Positions 17,936 through 26,923 of a DNA stretch of 45,156 nt are shown piece after piece. The number at the start of each line of letters is the position of its first letter. Position 1 is the stretch's first letter. The translations under genes were made by a program, and so were the position numbers. The notes under the pieces are model-generated. The model was not told the DNA's origin and searched no databases. It saw only the letters and a program-made list of their open reading frames with translations. The DNA is from Candidatus Microgenomates bacterium (GTDB taxonomy: Bacteria; Patescibacteriota; Microgenomatia; Levybacterales; UBA12049). The stretch lies in contig JANWJT010000018.1 of the NCBI GenBank assembly GCA_025451755.1, positions 1-45,156 on the forward strand. Direction: 5' to 3'.

Positions 17936-19369
17936 TTATTCGCAAAGGTCTAAGTTTTGTAAAGCTGTTTGTAAACCGCTGTAGTTACTAACCGAGAAAT
18001 AATGACTTGCGTCTGTGGCGATCCCCTGTAAATAAGATGTATTAACATCAGCTCCAACTCCGACTACGAAAACTTCACCACCGCCTGATTTAAACGATGT
18101 TGCAGAAGCCGCCGCAACATCATCGGCAGTTGAGGAGGGAAGTGGTCTGTTTGGCTGACCATCGGTTACTATAATCATCTTGTCCGGAGATGTTCCATCT
18201 GCTCTATCATTTACTCCGCTTAATTCTCCTGCTGCTAGGTCAATACCTGATTTAAGATTTGTGTAGCCTCCCGATACGAGTGCGTCAATTGTTGCCTTAA
18301 GCGTAACAATATTTGAGGTTAATCCGTGGTTTAAGTCTCCTGTAGTTGCAAAACTACTCTTGCCTGCATGAATTCCTAACGGCGTTAAGCCAAGATCATC
18401 AACGAACGCTTTAGCTGCTGTTTTAAGCTGTCCAAGCTCTGTTGAATTGATGCTTCCTGATTTATCCAAAACAAGCATTACATCAGCCTGGCTACAGGCA
18501 AGTGGCGTTGGCGTTGGAGTTAGCGTAACAGAAGGAGTAGGAGTAATTGAAGGCACAGTGCCGTTACAAGTAAAGCTTAAATTATTTCTTTGTTGTATTG
18601 CGCTAAAGCTTATGTCTCCCATAACAGAATCAGTCTGCGAAGCATTATTAACTGCTGAACCATCGCAAAGAATTCCTGAATTAACAATTGGATTTACCCC
18701 TAGACCTTCTGCTACCGGATTTTGCGTGAGTGTTCCAAAACACCACGCTTTGCCTATAAAGTATGTTTCACCGCCAATTAGAGGATCTCCGGGATTACCG
18801 CCGACATTATTTGTTACAGAATCCGCTAAAACCAAACTGCTGTCTAAAACGCTTGATGCAGATCCTGATGCAATAATAGGTTCATTAGTTTCTAAAACAT
18901 TATCTCCGTCATCTGTCCAGAAGGCAAAATTAAGTAATCCACCAAGCTCACCGTCGTTTAAGTCTTGATCAGGGTCATTGCAGGTAGGATCATCTGCCTG
19001 CTCCGGCTCTGTGCAGTCAACATCATCGTCTTTTGTAAGGGTCATATCCATGCACGCCCATGCATTATTGGTATCAACGTGAATGCTAATAGTATCTTCT
19101 CCCTCGTCACCGGGCTTTATGTCGGTAAAGTTAAAGAACAGATCATCTGAGGTAAGATTTTTAAGTTCCCATGTAGTTGCCGAAGATAGCTCGTGATTAA
19201 GATAACTTGTGTTATCAATCTTAAGATCTATTGCTCCTGCAGTTAAAACGTTGCCGGTTGATGTTTCTGTATCGGAAAAAAAAGCGAAGCTTGCTCCTAT
19301 TACTAAAACTGCTGCAACAAGTACTGTTGCTAGGCTAAGTAAAATTTTTGTATTTATTAAGTTCGACAT
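17936..19369 (-). CDS. TasA-like protein with SipW-cognate signal peptide, PT linker and C-terminal VWA domain
   Basis: GASFA-FFSDTETSTGNVLTAGAIDL; FNFTDIKPGD; MIDAS motif DKSGS...T...TDG. Confidence 0.88.
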   Translation of the reverse strand: MSNLINTKILLSLATVLVAAVLVIGASFAFFSDTETSTGNVLTAGAIDLKIDNTSYLNHELSSATTWELKNLTSDDLFFNFTDIKPGDEGEDTISIHVDTNNAWACMDMTLTKDDDVDCTEPEQADDPTCNDPDQDLNDGELGGLLNFAFWTDDGDNVLETNEPIIASGSASSVLDSSLVLADSVTNNVGGNPGDPLIGGETYFIGKAWCFGTLTQNPVAEGLGVNPIVNSGILCDGSAVNNASQTDSVMGDISFSAIQQRNNLSFTCNGTVPSITPTPSVTLTPTPTPLACSQADVMLVLDKSGSINSTELGQLKTAAKAFVDDLGLTPLGIHAGKSSFATTGDLNHGLTSNIVTLKATIDALVSGGYTNLKSGIDLAAGELSGVNDRADGTSPDKMIIVTDGQPNRPLPSSTADDVAAASATSFKSGGGEVFVVGVGADVNTSYLQGIATDASHYFSVSNYSGLQTALQNLDLCE

Positions 19370-19385
19370 TTAATTTTATTTCTTT

Positions 19386-19457
19386 TTAATCACAAAAAAA
19401 CCCGCATATTTCTATGCCGGGTTTTGTCTTTGTACAAATTAATTTGAGTAATTTCAT
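19386..19457 (-). CDS. Possible 23-aa leader peptide MKLLKLICTKTKPGIEICGFFCD spanning the leader terminator
   Basis: ATG lies 4 nt after the GGAGG of the conserved hairpin; the frame runs through the terminator and stops 16 nt before the first structural gene. Confidence 0.3.
   Translation of the reverse strand: MKLLKLICTKTKPGIEICGFFCD
19394..19425 (-). terminator. Intrinsic terminator in the 5' leader of the TasA/SipW operon
   Basis: - strand AAAACCC-G-GCATA-GAAA-TATGC-GGG-TTTTTTT. Confidence 0.75.
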
Positions 19458-19484
19458 ATTTCCTCCGTTTGCGGTCAGAAACAC
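19456..19484 (-). promoter_or_regulatory. Conserved leader RNA hairpin, copy 2
   Basis: - strand GTGTTTC-TGA-CCG-CAAA-CGG-AG-GAAATAT; core identical to copy 1, outer stem different in sequence but still paired. Confidence 0.7.
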
Positions 19485-19492
19485 TTTATTTT

Positions 19493-19515
19493 AAAAAACC
19501 AGCAAAGTGCTGGTT
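19493..19515 (-). terminator. Second terminator-like hairpin in the same leader
   Basis: - strand AACCAGCA-CTT-TGCTGGTT-TTTT. Confidence 0.55.
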
Positions 19516-19655
19516 ATTAAAACTTATAAATTATATTTTTAGTAAAACTGGCAGAGTTATTCATATGATTAAACTATTGAATTTTTCCCTCTGAGTGGGC
19601 AGTTCAAAGAGAGATCTTTTGCCGTTTTTGTAGATATCGTGACAAAAGTACGACC

Positions 19656-19686
19656 ATTATAAACAATCTTAATGAAGTCCTGTCAA
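19656..19686 (-). promoter_or_regulatory. Candidate promoter of the TasA/SipW operon
   Basis: - strand TTGACA-19 nt-TATAAT; both hexamers are consensus but the spacer is long. Confidence 0.5.
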
Positions 19687-19761
19687 GACGGACAAACTAG
19701 ATAAAACTAATACTAAATTGTATTTGAATATAAAGTCCATTCGGATGTATAATGTATTTCT

Positions 19762-20772
19762 ATGGCGCAAGTTTTGGGGCTTATGCTCCTTTCTCTTTTT
19801 ATAACTTTTATACTTCTTATCCCATTTATAGACTTTTTGTATAAATTAAAAGTAAGAAGGCAAAAACAAAAAACTGTTGATATTTTTGATAACCCTACTC
19901 CTGTTTTTGATAAATTCCACGGCTGGAAACAAGGGACGCCATTTGGCGGTGGCGTACTAATTATTGCCGTAGTATCGATTCTTACCCTTTGGTCCCTGGG
20001 AATATTGAGTGTCTCTGTGGATTTATGGGAAGTTTTTGTGCTTTTGTTTACATTTATATCTTTTGGTCTTTTAGGATTCTATGATGATATTAAAAAGCTT
20101 GCCAACGGTAAAGGATCTCCTTTTTTTGGTCTTAGATTCAGATATAAATTTTTACTTCAATGGATTTTAGCTCTTATTATTGGAACTATTTTGTATACTC
20201 AGTTAGGATATACCTTTATTTTTATAAAAGGTTTCGGACTTGCTAGTTTAGGTTTTTTATTTATTCCATTTGCGGCATTTGTTATTGTTTCTTTTTCAAA
20301 TGCATTTAATATTGCAGACGGTTTAGATGGTCTTGCATCTGGTCTTCTTTTAATTTGTCTCGGAGCTTTTTTAGCAATTTCTCAGGAGCAGTTTGATCAG
20401 ACTCTTAGGATTTTTATTGCTGTACTTATGGGGAGCATGGGAGCATTCTTATATTTTAATATTTATAAAGCAAGAATTTGGCTTGGAGACGTTGGCTCAT
20501 TATCCTTAGGTGCAGTACTTGCTGTTATAGGGCTTTTAACAGGAAAAATAATTGCCTTGGCTTTTATAGGAGGAGTCTTTGTAATTGAGGTCGGCTCTTC
20601 TTTAATACAAATCCTCAGTAAAAAATTTTTAGGAAGAAAGTTATTTCCTGCTTCACCATTTCATCTTTATCTTCAAAAGATTGGGTGGGATGAACCAAAA
20701 ATTGTTATGAGAGCCTGGCTTTTAGGATTTTTATTTGCAATTCTGGGACTATATATAGCTTACATCAGGTAA
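19762..20772 (+). CDS. mraY: Phospho-N-acetylmuramoyl-pentapeptide transferase
   Basis: GTPFGGG, GFYDD, NAFNIADGLDGL, LGDVGS, PFHL motifs; first gene of the dcw cluster. Confidence 0.93.
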   Translation: MAQVLGLMLLSLFITFILLIPFIDFLYKLKVRRQKQKTVDIFDNPTPVFDKFHGWKQGTPFGGGVLIIAVVSILTLWSLGILSVSVDLWEVFVLLFTFISFGLLGFYDDIKKLANGKGSPFFGLRFRYKFLLQWILALIIGTILYTQLGYTFIFIKGFGLASLGFLFIPFAAFVIVSFSNAFNIADGLDGLASGLLLICLGAFLAISQEQFDQTLRIFIAVLMGSMGAFLYFNIYKARIWLGDVGSLSLGAVLAVIGLLTGKIIALAFIGGVFVIEVGSSLIQILSKKFLGRKLFPASPFHLYLQKIGWDEPKIVMRAWLLGFLFAILGLYIAYIR

Positions 20773-20901
20773 TTCATTTTTCAAAATGACCCATCCTTCA
20801 CAAAGTTTCGGAAGGTCATGGTCTGAAGCTTATGAATCTTTTATCATTAAGAGTAGTAATTAATTCTCGAACAGATTATTTTCTATAGGTATGCTAAGTT
20901 C

Positions 20902-21984
20902 TTGCGAAAGACCATGAAGAAAATAGATATAATTCTTCTTATCTGCGTAATTTTTTTAACTTTTTTTGGGCTTTTTATGATATATGATGCCTCATCCTTT
21001 GCTGCGCACAGAGATTTTTTAGATAAATACCATTACTTAAAAGGGCAATTTTTTTGGGTTGTACTAGGCTTTATACTTCTTACTTTCTTTTCTTATTTTG
21101 ATTACCATAAGTTATATAACTTCTCACTTCCATTACTTCTTTTTGGTCTAATGCTTTTAACACTTGTATTTATTCCCGGAATTGGGGTTCATCTTTTGGG
21201 AGCAAGCAGATGGATAGATACAGGCTTTTTCTTATTTCAACCGTCTGAATTCATAAAGCTTGCTCTTGCAATTTATCTTGCGTCGTGGCTGTCTAGGAAA
21301 GAAAAAGGGAGGCTAGGAGCTTTTTTAATTATTTTAGGACTTATTATGATTCTTGTTATTTTGCAGCCCGATATGGGAACAGCAGTTGTAATTCTGGCAG
21401 AAGCATTTATTGTATATTTTCTCTCGGGAGGAAGGCTTTTATATTTTGCAGGTATTATTCCTGTAGCTTTAGTAATTGGATTTATTGCAATTAAAACATC
21501 CCCATATCGTTTAAAAAGACTGGAATCTTTTCTTAACATTAATCAGTCAATTGAATCGTCATCTTATCATGTTAAACAAATTTTAATTGCGCTCGGCTCA
21601 GGTGGTATTTTTGGTGTAGGTTTTTCAAATTCACTTCAGAAATATGCGTATTTACCGGAAACAACTACTGATTCTATTTTTGCAATTATTGCAGAAGAAA
21701 TTGGATTTGTTGGTGCAACCTTAATTATAATTGTTTTTATGATTCTTGTATGGAGAGGATTTCTTATAGCGATAAAAGCAAGAGATAACTTTGGAAAGCT
21801 TTTAGCCGGAGGAATTATTTCATTTTTAGCGATACAAATTATTATTAATTTATCTGCTCAAACAGTTCTCCTTCCTTTAACGGGCATTCCTCTCCCTTTT
21901 ATATCTTACGGAGGATCTGCTTTAATCGTAGATCTTTGCGCAGTCGGAATTCTTCTTAATATTTCAAAGCAGTCGTCTGTATGA
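20902..21984 (+). CDS. ftsW: SEDS family peptidoglycan polymerase FtsW (start TTG 20902 or ATG 20914)
   Basis: RWI...QPSEF, QPDMGT, LPETTTDSIF, LPFISYGGS; between mraY and murG. Confidence 0.92.
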   Translation: MRKTMKKIDIILLICVIFLTFFGLFMIYDASSFAAHRDFLDKYHYLKGQFFWVVLGFILLTFFSYFDYHKLYNFSLPLLLFGLMLLTLVFIPGIGVHLLGASRWIDTGFFLFQPSEFIKLALAIYLASWLSRKEKGRLGAFLIILGLIMILVILQPDMGTAVVILAEAFIVYFLSGGRLLYFAGIIPVALVIGFIAIKTSPYRLKRLESFLNINQSIESSSYHVKQILIALGSGGIFGVGFSNSLQKYAYLPETTTDSIFAIIAEEIGFVGATLIIIVFMILVWRGFLIAIKARDNFGKLLAGGIISFLAIQIIINLSAQTVLLPLTGIPLPFISYGGSALIVDLCAVGILLNISKQSSV

Positions 21985-23090
21985 AAATAATTATAGTCGG
22001 AGGACATTTGTCTCCTGCACTTTCTGTTATAGATTCGCTTCCAAAAGATGACGAGGTATTATTCGTTGGCAGAAAATATGTCTTTGAAGGGGAAAAATCA
22101 TTATCACTTGAATATAAAACAATTAATGATTTAAAAATTCCTTTTGAGGAAATCTCAACCGGCAGATTTCAGAGAAAATTTACAAAAAATACAATCCCTT
22201 CTCTTCTTAAGTTGCCTCCAGGATTTTTTAATGCTCTTAGAATTCTTAAAAAATTTCGACCAGATGTAGTATTAGGATTTGGAGGGTATTTACAAATTCC
22301 AATAGTTTTTGCATCTTTCTTTCTAAGAATTCCGGTTGTTCTGCATGAGCAAACACTAGAGTCAGGTTTTTCTAATAAAATATGCTCGCCTTTTGCTAGA
22401 AAAATATGCATATCCTGGGAATCTTCCAGTAAATTTTTCCCAAAAAATAAAACTATCTTAACGGGAATTCCTATAAGAAAAGAAATAGTAGAATCGTTTT
22501 CTAAATCTCAAGGTACAAAGTCAAAAATTCCGATTATTTATATAACAGGTGGGAGTTCGGGCTCGCACTTTATAAATAGTTTAATCGAGAATTTAATTCC
22601 TAGTCTTTTGGTAAATTTTAAGGTTATTCATCAGACCGGAGATTCTTTACGATATGGTGATTTTGAAAGACTTAAAAAATTACGGGAAACTTTGCCCAAA
22701 GACTTAAGAGAAAAATATTCAATAAATAAATTTACAGATCCACCGGATGTCGGAAATATTCTAAGACAGGCGGAATTTGTAATATCCAGAGCGGGAATGA
22801 ATACTGTTACCGAACTTATTTTTACAAAAAAACCTGCCATTTTAATTCCTCTCCCTTTTTCTGGCAGTAACGAACAGTTGGAAAATGCTCTTTTTCTAAA
22901 AAAAATTGGACTTGCTTCTGTAATTTTACAAAAAGAGGCAACCGACCAAGTTTTATTTTCTTGCATTCAGGCTATGCATAAATCAATTAATAAATATATA
23001 GAAAATTCTAAAAACCTTAAAGATCTAATAAAAGAAGATGCAGCAAATAAAATAATAAAAGTTATAAAACAATGCGTACCAGAAAATTAA
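21981..23090 (+). CDS. murG: Undecaprenyl-PP-MurNAc-pentapeptide GlcNAc transferase
   Basis: GGHLSP, GFGGY, HEQ, GGSSG, SRAG, EQLENA motifs. Confidence 0.93.
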   Translation: MKIIIVGGHLSPALSVIDSLPKDDEVLFVGRKYVFEGEKSLSLEYKTINDLKIPFEEISTGRFQRKFTKNTIPSLLKLPPGFFNALRILKKFRPDVVLGFGGYLQIPIVFASFFLRIPVVLHEQTLESGFSNKICSPFARKICISWESSSKFFPKNKTILTGIPIRKEIVESFSKSQGTKSKIPIIYITGGSSGSHFINSLIENLIPSLLVNFKVIHQTGDSLRYGDFERLKKLRETLPKDLREKYSINKFTDPPDVGNILRQAEFVISRAGMNTVTELIFTKKPAILIPLPFSGSNEQLENALFLKKIGLASVILQKEATDQVLFSCIQAMHKSINKYIENSKNLKDLIKEDAANKIIKVIKQCVPEN

Positions 23091-23476
23091 AAAGAAAAAG
23101 CAAGTCCTTTTTTATTAGAATTATTTTTCCTGTTTTTATTCTTTTAATTTTGTTAACGTTTCTTTTTTACAATCTTTCGACATTTTCGATCTTTAATCAA
23201 TCTATTGTAAGTCCACTAGGGCGCATTAAGCCGTCCCAGGCCTCAAGATTAGATGGGCTACTTAAAAAGGCTAACATACCTTTTTCTTCCATAACATCAT
23301 CAGCCGATTCTTATACTGTAGTACTTTCTGACGGAGGTCAGGTTATTGTATCTTCTAAAAAAGATTTGGGGGTTCAAATCAGCTCTTTACAACTCATGCT
23401 CAATCGGCTTACAATAGAAGGGAAAAGAATTAAAAGCCTTGATTTTAGGTTTGATAAACCTATTATTAATTTTTAA
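23072..23476 (+). CDS. Short FtsQ/DivIB-like cell division protein
   Basis: Basic N-terminus, single TM, C-terminal LDFRFDKPII resembling the FtsQ (I/L)DLR motif; located between murG and ftsA. Confidence 0.55.
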   Translation: MRTRKLKRKSKSFFIRIIFPVFILLILLTFLFYNLSTFSIFNQSIVSPLGRIKPSQASRLDGLLKKANIPFSSITSSADSYTVVLSDGGQVIVSSKKDLGVQISSLQLMLNRLTIEGKRIKSLDFRFDKPIINF

Positions 23477-23481
23477 GCTTT

Positions 23482-24768
23482 ATGAATGAAGGAAAAATAG
23501 TTGTCGGCATAGACGTTGGTACATCAAAAATTGTAACTGTTATTGCAAGACTTGATGAATCGACAGTTAATGTGCTGGGAGTTTCCGAAGTAAAATCCGC
23601 GGGTATTAAAAAAGGACAAATAGTCGATATAGAAGAGGCTGTGCGTTCTGTTAATTCGTCTCTTGAAGGGGCAGAAAGAATGGCAGGATACTCTGCTTCC
23701 CGTGTAGTTGCATCAATTGGGGGAAGTCATATTGAATCTTTAAATTCAAAAGGAGTAGTGGCGGTATCTGCTCCGGAGGGAGAAATGACCGACAATGACC
23801 TTGTAAGAGTAATTGACGCAGCAAAAGCAGTTTCGCTTCCTTCAAGCAGAGAAATAATTCATGTTTTACCTCGAGCGTATACAGTAGACGGACAGGAGGG
23901 AATAAAAGATCCAATTGGCATGAGCGGAATAAGACTTGAAGTCGATACGCATATTATTTCCGCAAACAGTACCGCAATAAGAAATCTAGAAAAAGCACTT
24001 GCGGATGTTGGCGTAGACATAGATGGAATTGTGTATAACGGTTATGCAAGCAGCCTCTCTGTTTTATCGGATACCGAAAAAGAATTAGGAGTAATTCTGG
24101 TAGACATTGGAGCCGGAACTACAGATATTTCAATATACACCGAAGGATCTGTTGCTTATTCATCGGTACTGGCAATTGGAGCAAGGCATATTACAAACGA
24201 CTTAGCTATAGGGCTTAGAATTTCTATTGAAAGTGCTGAAAAAATAAAACTTTTCCTGTCTAATCCTCAAAAAACTTCAAAAATAACAGAAGACGATAGT
24301 GAGCCAAAAGAAAAAACAGGAGACGAAGTTGATCTTTCAACGCTCCATCTTCCTGAAGAAGTTAGTAAGGTTTCTAAAAAAACATTAATCGAAGGAATAA
24401 TAAAACCAAGACTTAACGAAATTTTTACATTCGTAGGGCTAGAAATTAAAAAAAGCGGTTTTGGCGGACAAACTCCATCTGGTCTTGTAATAACAGGCGG
24501 AGGAGCACAGACAATAGGAGCAGTCGAAAGCGCAAAAAGAACTCTGGCAATGCCTGTTAGGATTGGCTTACCAACAAATATAAAAGGAATTATAGATGAA
24601 ATTCAATCTCCCTCTTTTGCTACGGTAATCGGTCTTTGTGAATATGGAGAGACAATTGAGGCGACTTCGAGTCTTCCTTTTGGAATATCGGTTCCTCAAA
24701 TATCTAATTTTAAAGCTAATAGAATCGTCTCCAAAGTGGTTGACTTAGTTAAGTCATTTATTCCATAA
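23482..24768 (+). CDS. ftsA: Cell division protein FtsA
   Basis: GIDVGTSK, VDIGAGTTD, ITGGGA; amphipathic C-terminal helix. Confidence 0.96.
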   Translation: MNEGKIVVGIDVGTSKIVTVIARLDESTVNVLGVSEVKSAGIKKGQIVDIEEAVRSVNSSLEGAERMAGYSASRVVASIGGSHIESLNSKGVVAVSAPEGEMTDNDLVRVIDAAKAVSLPSSREIIHVLPRAYTVDGQEGIKDPIGMSGIRLEVDTHIISANSTAIRNLEKALADVGVDIDGIVYNGYASSLSVLSDTEKELGVILVDIGAGTTDISIYTEGSVAYSSVLAIGARHITNDLAIGLRISIESAEKIKLFLSNPQKTSKITEDDSEPKEKTGDEVDLSTLHLPEEVSKVSKKTLIEGIIKPRLNEIFTFVGLEIKKSGFGGQTPSGLVITGGGAQTIGAVESAKRTLAMPVRIGLPTNIKGIIDEIQSPSFATVIGLCEYGETIEATSSLPFGISVPQISNFKANRIVSKVVDLVKSFIP

Positions 24769-24818
24769 TTTTGGGCTTGCAAAACGAAATTTTATTTGTT
24801 ACCATGAGTTCATAAACC

Positions 24819-25910
24819 ATGCTAATTAAGCCTCAAACTACAAATTTTGCAAAAATAAGAGTAATGGGAATTGGTGGAGGTGGCAACAATGCTCTTTCTT
24901 CTATGATAGTTCAGGGGCAAATTCAGGGAGTAGATTTTGTTGCTGTAAATACAGATGTACAAGCTCTTCTTCTGTCTCAATCGGCAACAAAACTTCAAAT
25001 TGGAGAAAATTTAACAAAAGGTCTTGGCTCCGGAGGCGATCCAGAAATAGGGAAGAAGTCAGCAGAAGAATCAAAAGAAAAAATAAAAGAAATTCTCGAA
25101 GGGTCAGATATGGTTTTTTTGGCCGCTGGAATGGGAGGAGGAACAGGGACAGGCGCAACTCCAATAATTGCTGAAGCTGCAAAAGAATCGGGAGCATTAA
25201 CTATTGCGGTTATAACAAAGCCTTTTGCTTTTGAGGGAACAAGGCGAATGGTTGCAGCAGAAGACGGAATTGAAAATTTAAAAGACAAAGTAGATACGCT
25301 TATTGTTATTCCAAATCAGAGGATCTTAGATGTAGTCGATAAAAAACTTTCTCTTCTTGAGGCGTTTAAGGTTGCAGATTCCGTATTAACACAAGGAGTT
25401 CAGGGAATTTCCGATCTTATAACAATGCCCGGTCTTATTAATGTTGATTTTGCAGATGTTAGAACAATTATGTCCGAAGCGGGTTCTGCTTTAATGGGAA
25501 TTGGGACCGGGGTTGGAGAAAATAGAGCGCAGGCTGCTGCCAGGTCGGCAATTGCATCGCCTCTTCTTGAAATTTCTATGGATGGAGCGCGCGGAGTTTT
25601 GTTCAATATTACAGGAGGACCCGATATTACAATGAGCGAAGTAGACGAGGCGGCAAAAATTATTGCAGCAGCCGCAGATCCTGACGCGAATATAATTTTT
25701 GGAGCAACGGTTGATGAGAGCATGCATGACCAAATAAAAATCACAGTTATTGCAACAGGATTTGATCAGACTCGTCAAAGACTTACGCAGTTTATTATTC
25801 CAGAGAAAAAAACCGAAGAAGTTGCAGCAACTCAAGCTCCTCAAAAAGAACCGGTGGAAAACGAGGAAGACGTTTTCGAAATCCCCGCCTTTTTACGCAA
25901 CCGCAATTAG
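24819..25910 (+). CDS. ftsZ: Cell division protein FtsZ
   Basis: [27 protein letters not shown]-terminal EIPAFLR. Confidence 0.98.
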   Translation: MLIKPQTTNFAKIRVMGIGGGGNNALSSMIVQGQIQGVDFVAVNTDVQALLLSQSATKLQIGENLTKGLGSGGDPEIGKKSAEESKEKIKEILEGSDMVFLAAGMGGGTGTGATPIIAEAAKESGALTIAVITKPFAFEGTRRMVAAEDGIENLKDKVDTLIVIPNQRILDVVDKKLSLLEAFKVADSVLTQGVQGISDLITMPGLINVDFADVRTIMSEAGSALMGIGTGVGENRAQAAARSAIASPLLEISMDGARGVLFNITGGPDITMSEVDEAAKIIAAAADPDANIIFGATVDESMHDQIKITVIATGFDQTRQRLTQFIIPEKKTEEVAATQAPQKEPVENEEDVFEIPAFLRNRN

Positions 25911-26006
25911 CTTCAACAGTTTTATATAAAAAGAATCATACAAGCTCTTAATTTATTTATAACGAATTGCTTGATTTTTTAGGATAATAAGCTATAATCA
26001 ACAATT

Positions 26007-26504
26007 ATGAGTAACGGAGAAAGAGGCGTATGGCCGCAACATATAGGTGAAAAGCTAAAGAAGGTAACAGTCATTCGGACCATGGATAATGCAGTTAATA
26101 GAGTAGTAAGGCGTATTCCTCTGGGCAATCCATTTGAAGTAAATTCTGAGCTAGAACAGACTGTTTATATGGGCGTTGAAAGAATTGCGAGATTACCTGA
26201 CGGAGTTAATCATTTATATTGGACATTAGTCGCATTTAAAGATGTGTCTATCCTCCTTTCATTTTCTAAAAGTGGTCAAGAACTTAGGGAAAAAGTAAGG
26301 ACAATTAAAGGTGCCGTTCCTCAATCAATTCTTGATGCAGCTTTTAGAAGACAAAAGGATTATGAAATTAGAATGCACGAAGCAATTGATCAAGGCCTTG
26401 ATAACGTTATTACCAATCCACAAGATTTTCCAAATGAGAATGTAAGAAAGATAATCCAGGAATACTTGCGTGCAAGAGAACTAGCAAAGAGCACAAGCGT
26501 TTAA
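26007..26504 (+). CDS. Hypothetical protein
   Basis: 165-aa ORF with TATAAT 8 nt before the ATG; no motif recognised. Confidence 0.55.
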   Translation: MSNGERGVWPQHIGEKLKKVTVIRTMDNAVNRVVRRIPLGNPFEVNSELEQTVYMGVERIARLPDGVNHLYWTLVAFKDVSILLSFSKSGQELREKVRTIKGAVPQSILDAAFRRQKDYEIRMHEAIDQGLDNVITNPQDFPNENVRKIIQEYLRARELAKSTSV

Positions 26505-26579
26505 TGGCTTCTTCTTAAGAAATTCTTTCTCCTTTTTCTCATCCTTGCAAAAGGATTAGAATAGGACTATTCTATTAAT

Positions 26580-26921
26580 GTGTTTGCTTTAATTGTTTTA
26601 GTAGTTTTTGGAATTGGGGTTGCTTTTTTTGCAACACAAAATACGCAAACTATTTCTATAACTCTTGGCAGTTATCATTTATCTGGGGTTCCTTTATATC
26701 TTATTGTTCTGGTATCTTTGCTTTTGGGGTTTGTAGTAAGTTGGATTATAAGCCTTGTTGATGTTATCTCTTCGGCTTTTAAAATTCATGGTAAAGAAAG
26801 TACTATTAAGGATGCAAATAAGCAAATCTCTGATCTTACCAAAAACGTTCACCAACTTGAATTAGAAAACGAAAGATTAAAAGCCGAATCAGGCCACCCA
26901 TCGGATGAAAAGTCTTTATAG
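26580..26921 (+). CDS. LapA/DUF1049-like membrane protein with C-terminal coiled coil
   Basis: TM-FATQN-x-PL-TM-coiled coil pattern; GTG start. Confidence 0.7.
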   Translation: MFALIVLVVFGIGVAFFATQNTQTISITLGSYHLSGVPLYLIVLVSLLLGFVVSWIISLVDVISSAFKIHGKESTIKDANKQISDLTKNVHQLELENERLKAESGHPSDEKSL

Positions 26922-26923
26922 CA

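Noticed and set aside
9669-18968. Long antisense ORFs (e.g. 9669-10184, 14622-15035, 18447-18968)
   Set aside because: Shadow frames of biased-composition genes on the opposite strand; no independent coding evidence.
19544-19628. c-di-GMP-I riboswitch call (GGCAAA...TGCC upstream of an adhesin operon)
   Set aside because: No GNRA-capped P2 and no GACGCAAA junction visible; kept only as an unassigned structured region.
20786-20823. Imperfect hairpin between mraY and ftsW
   Set aside because: Short bulged pairing, no U-tract, no second copy seen.
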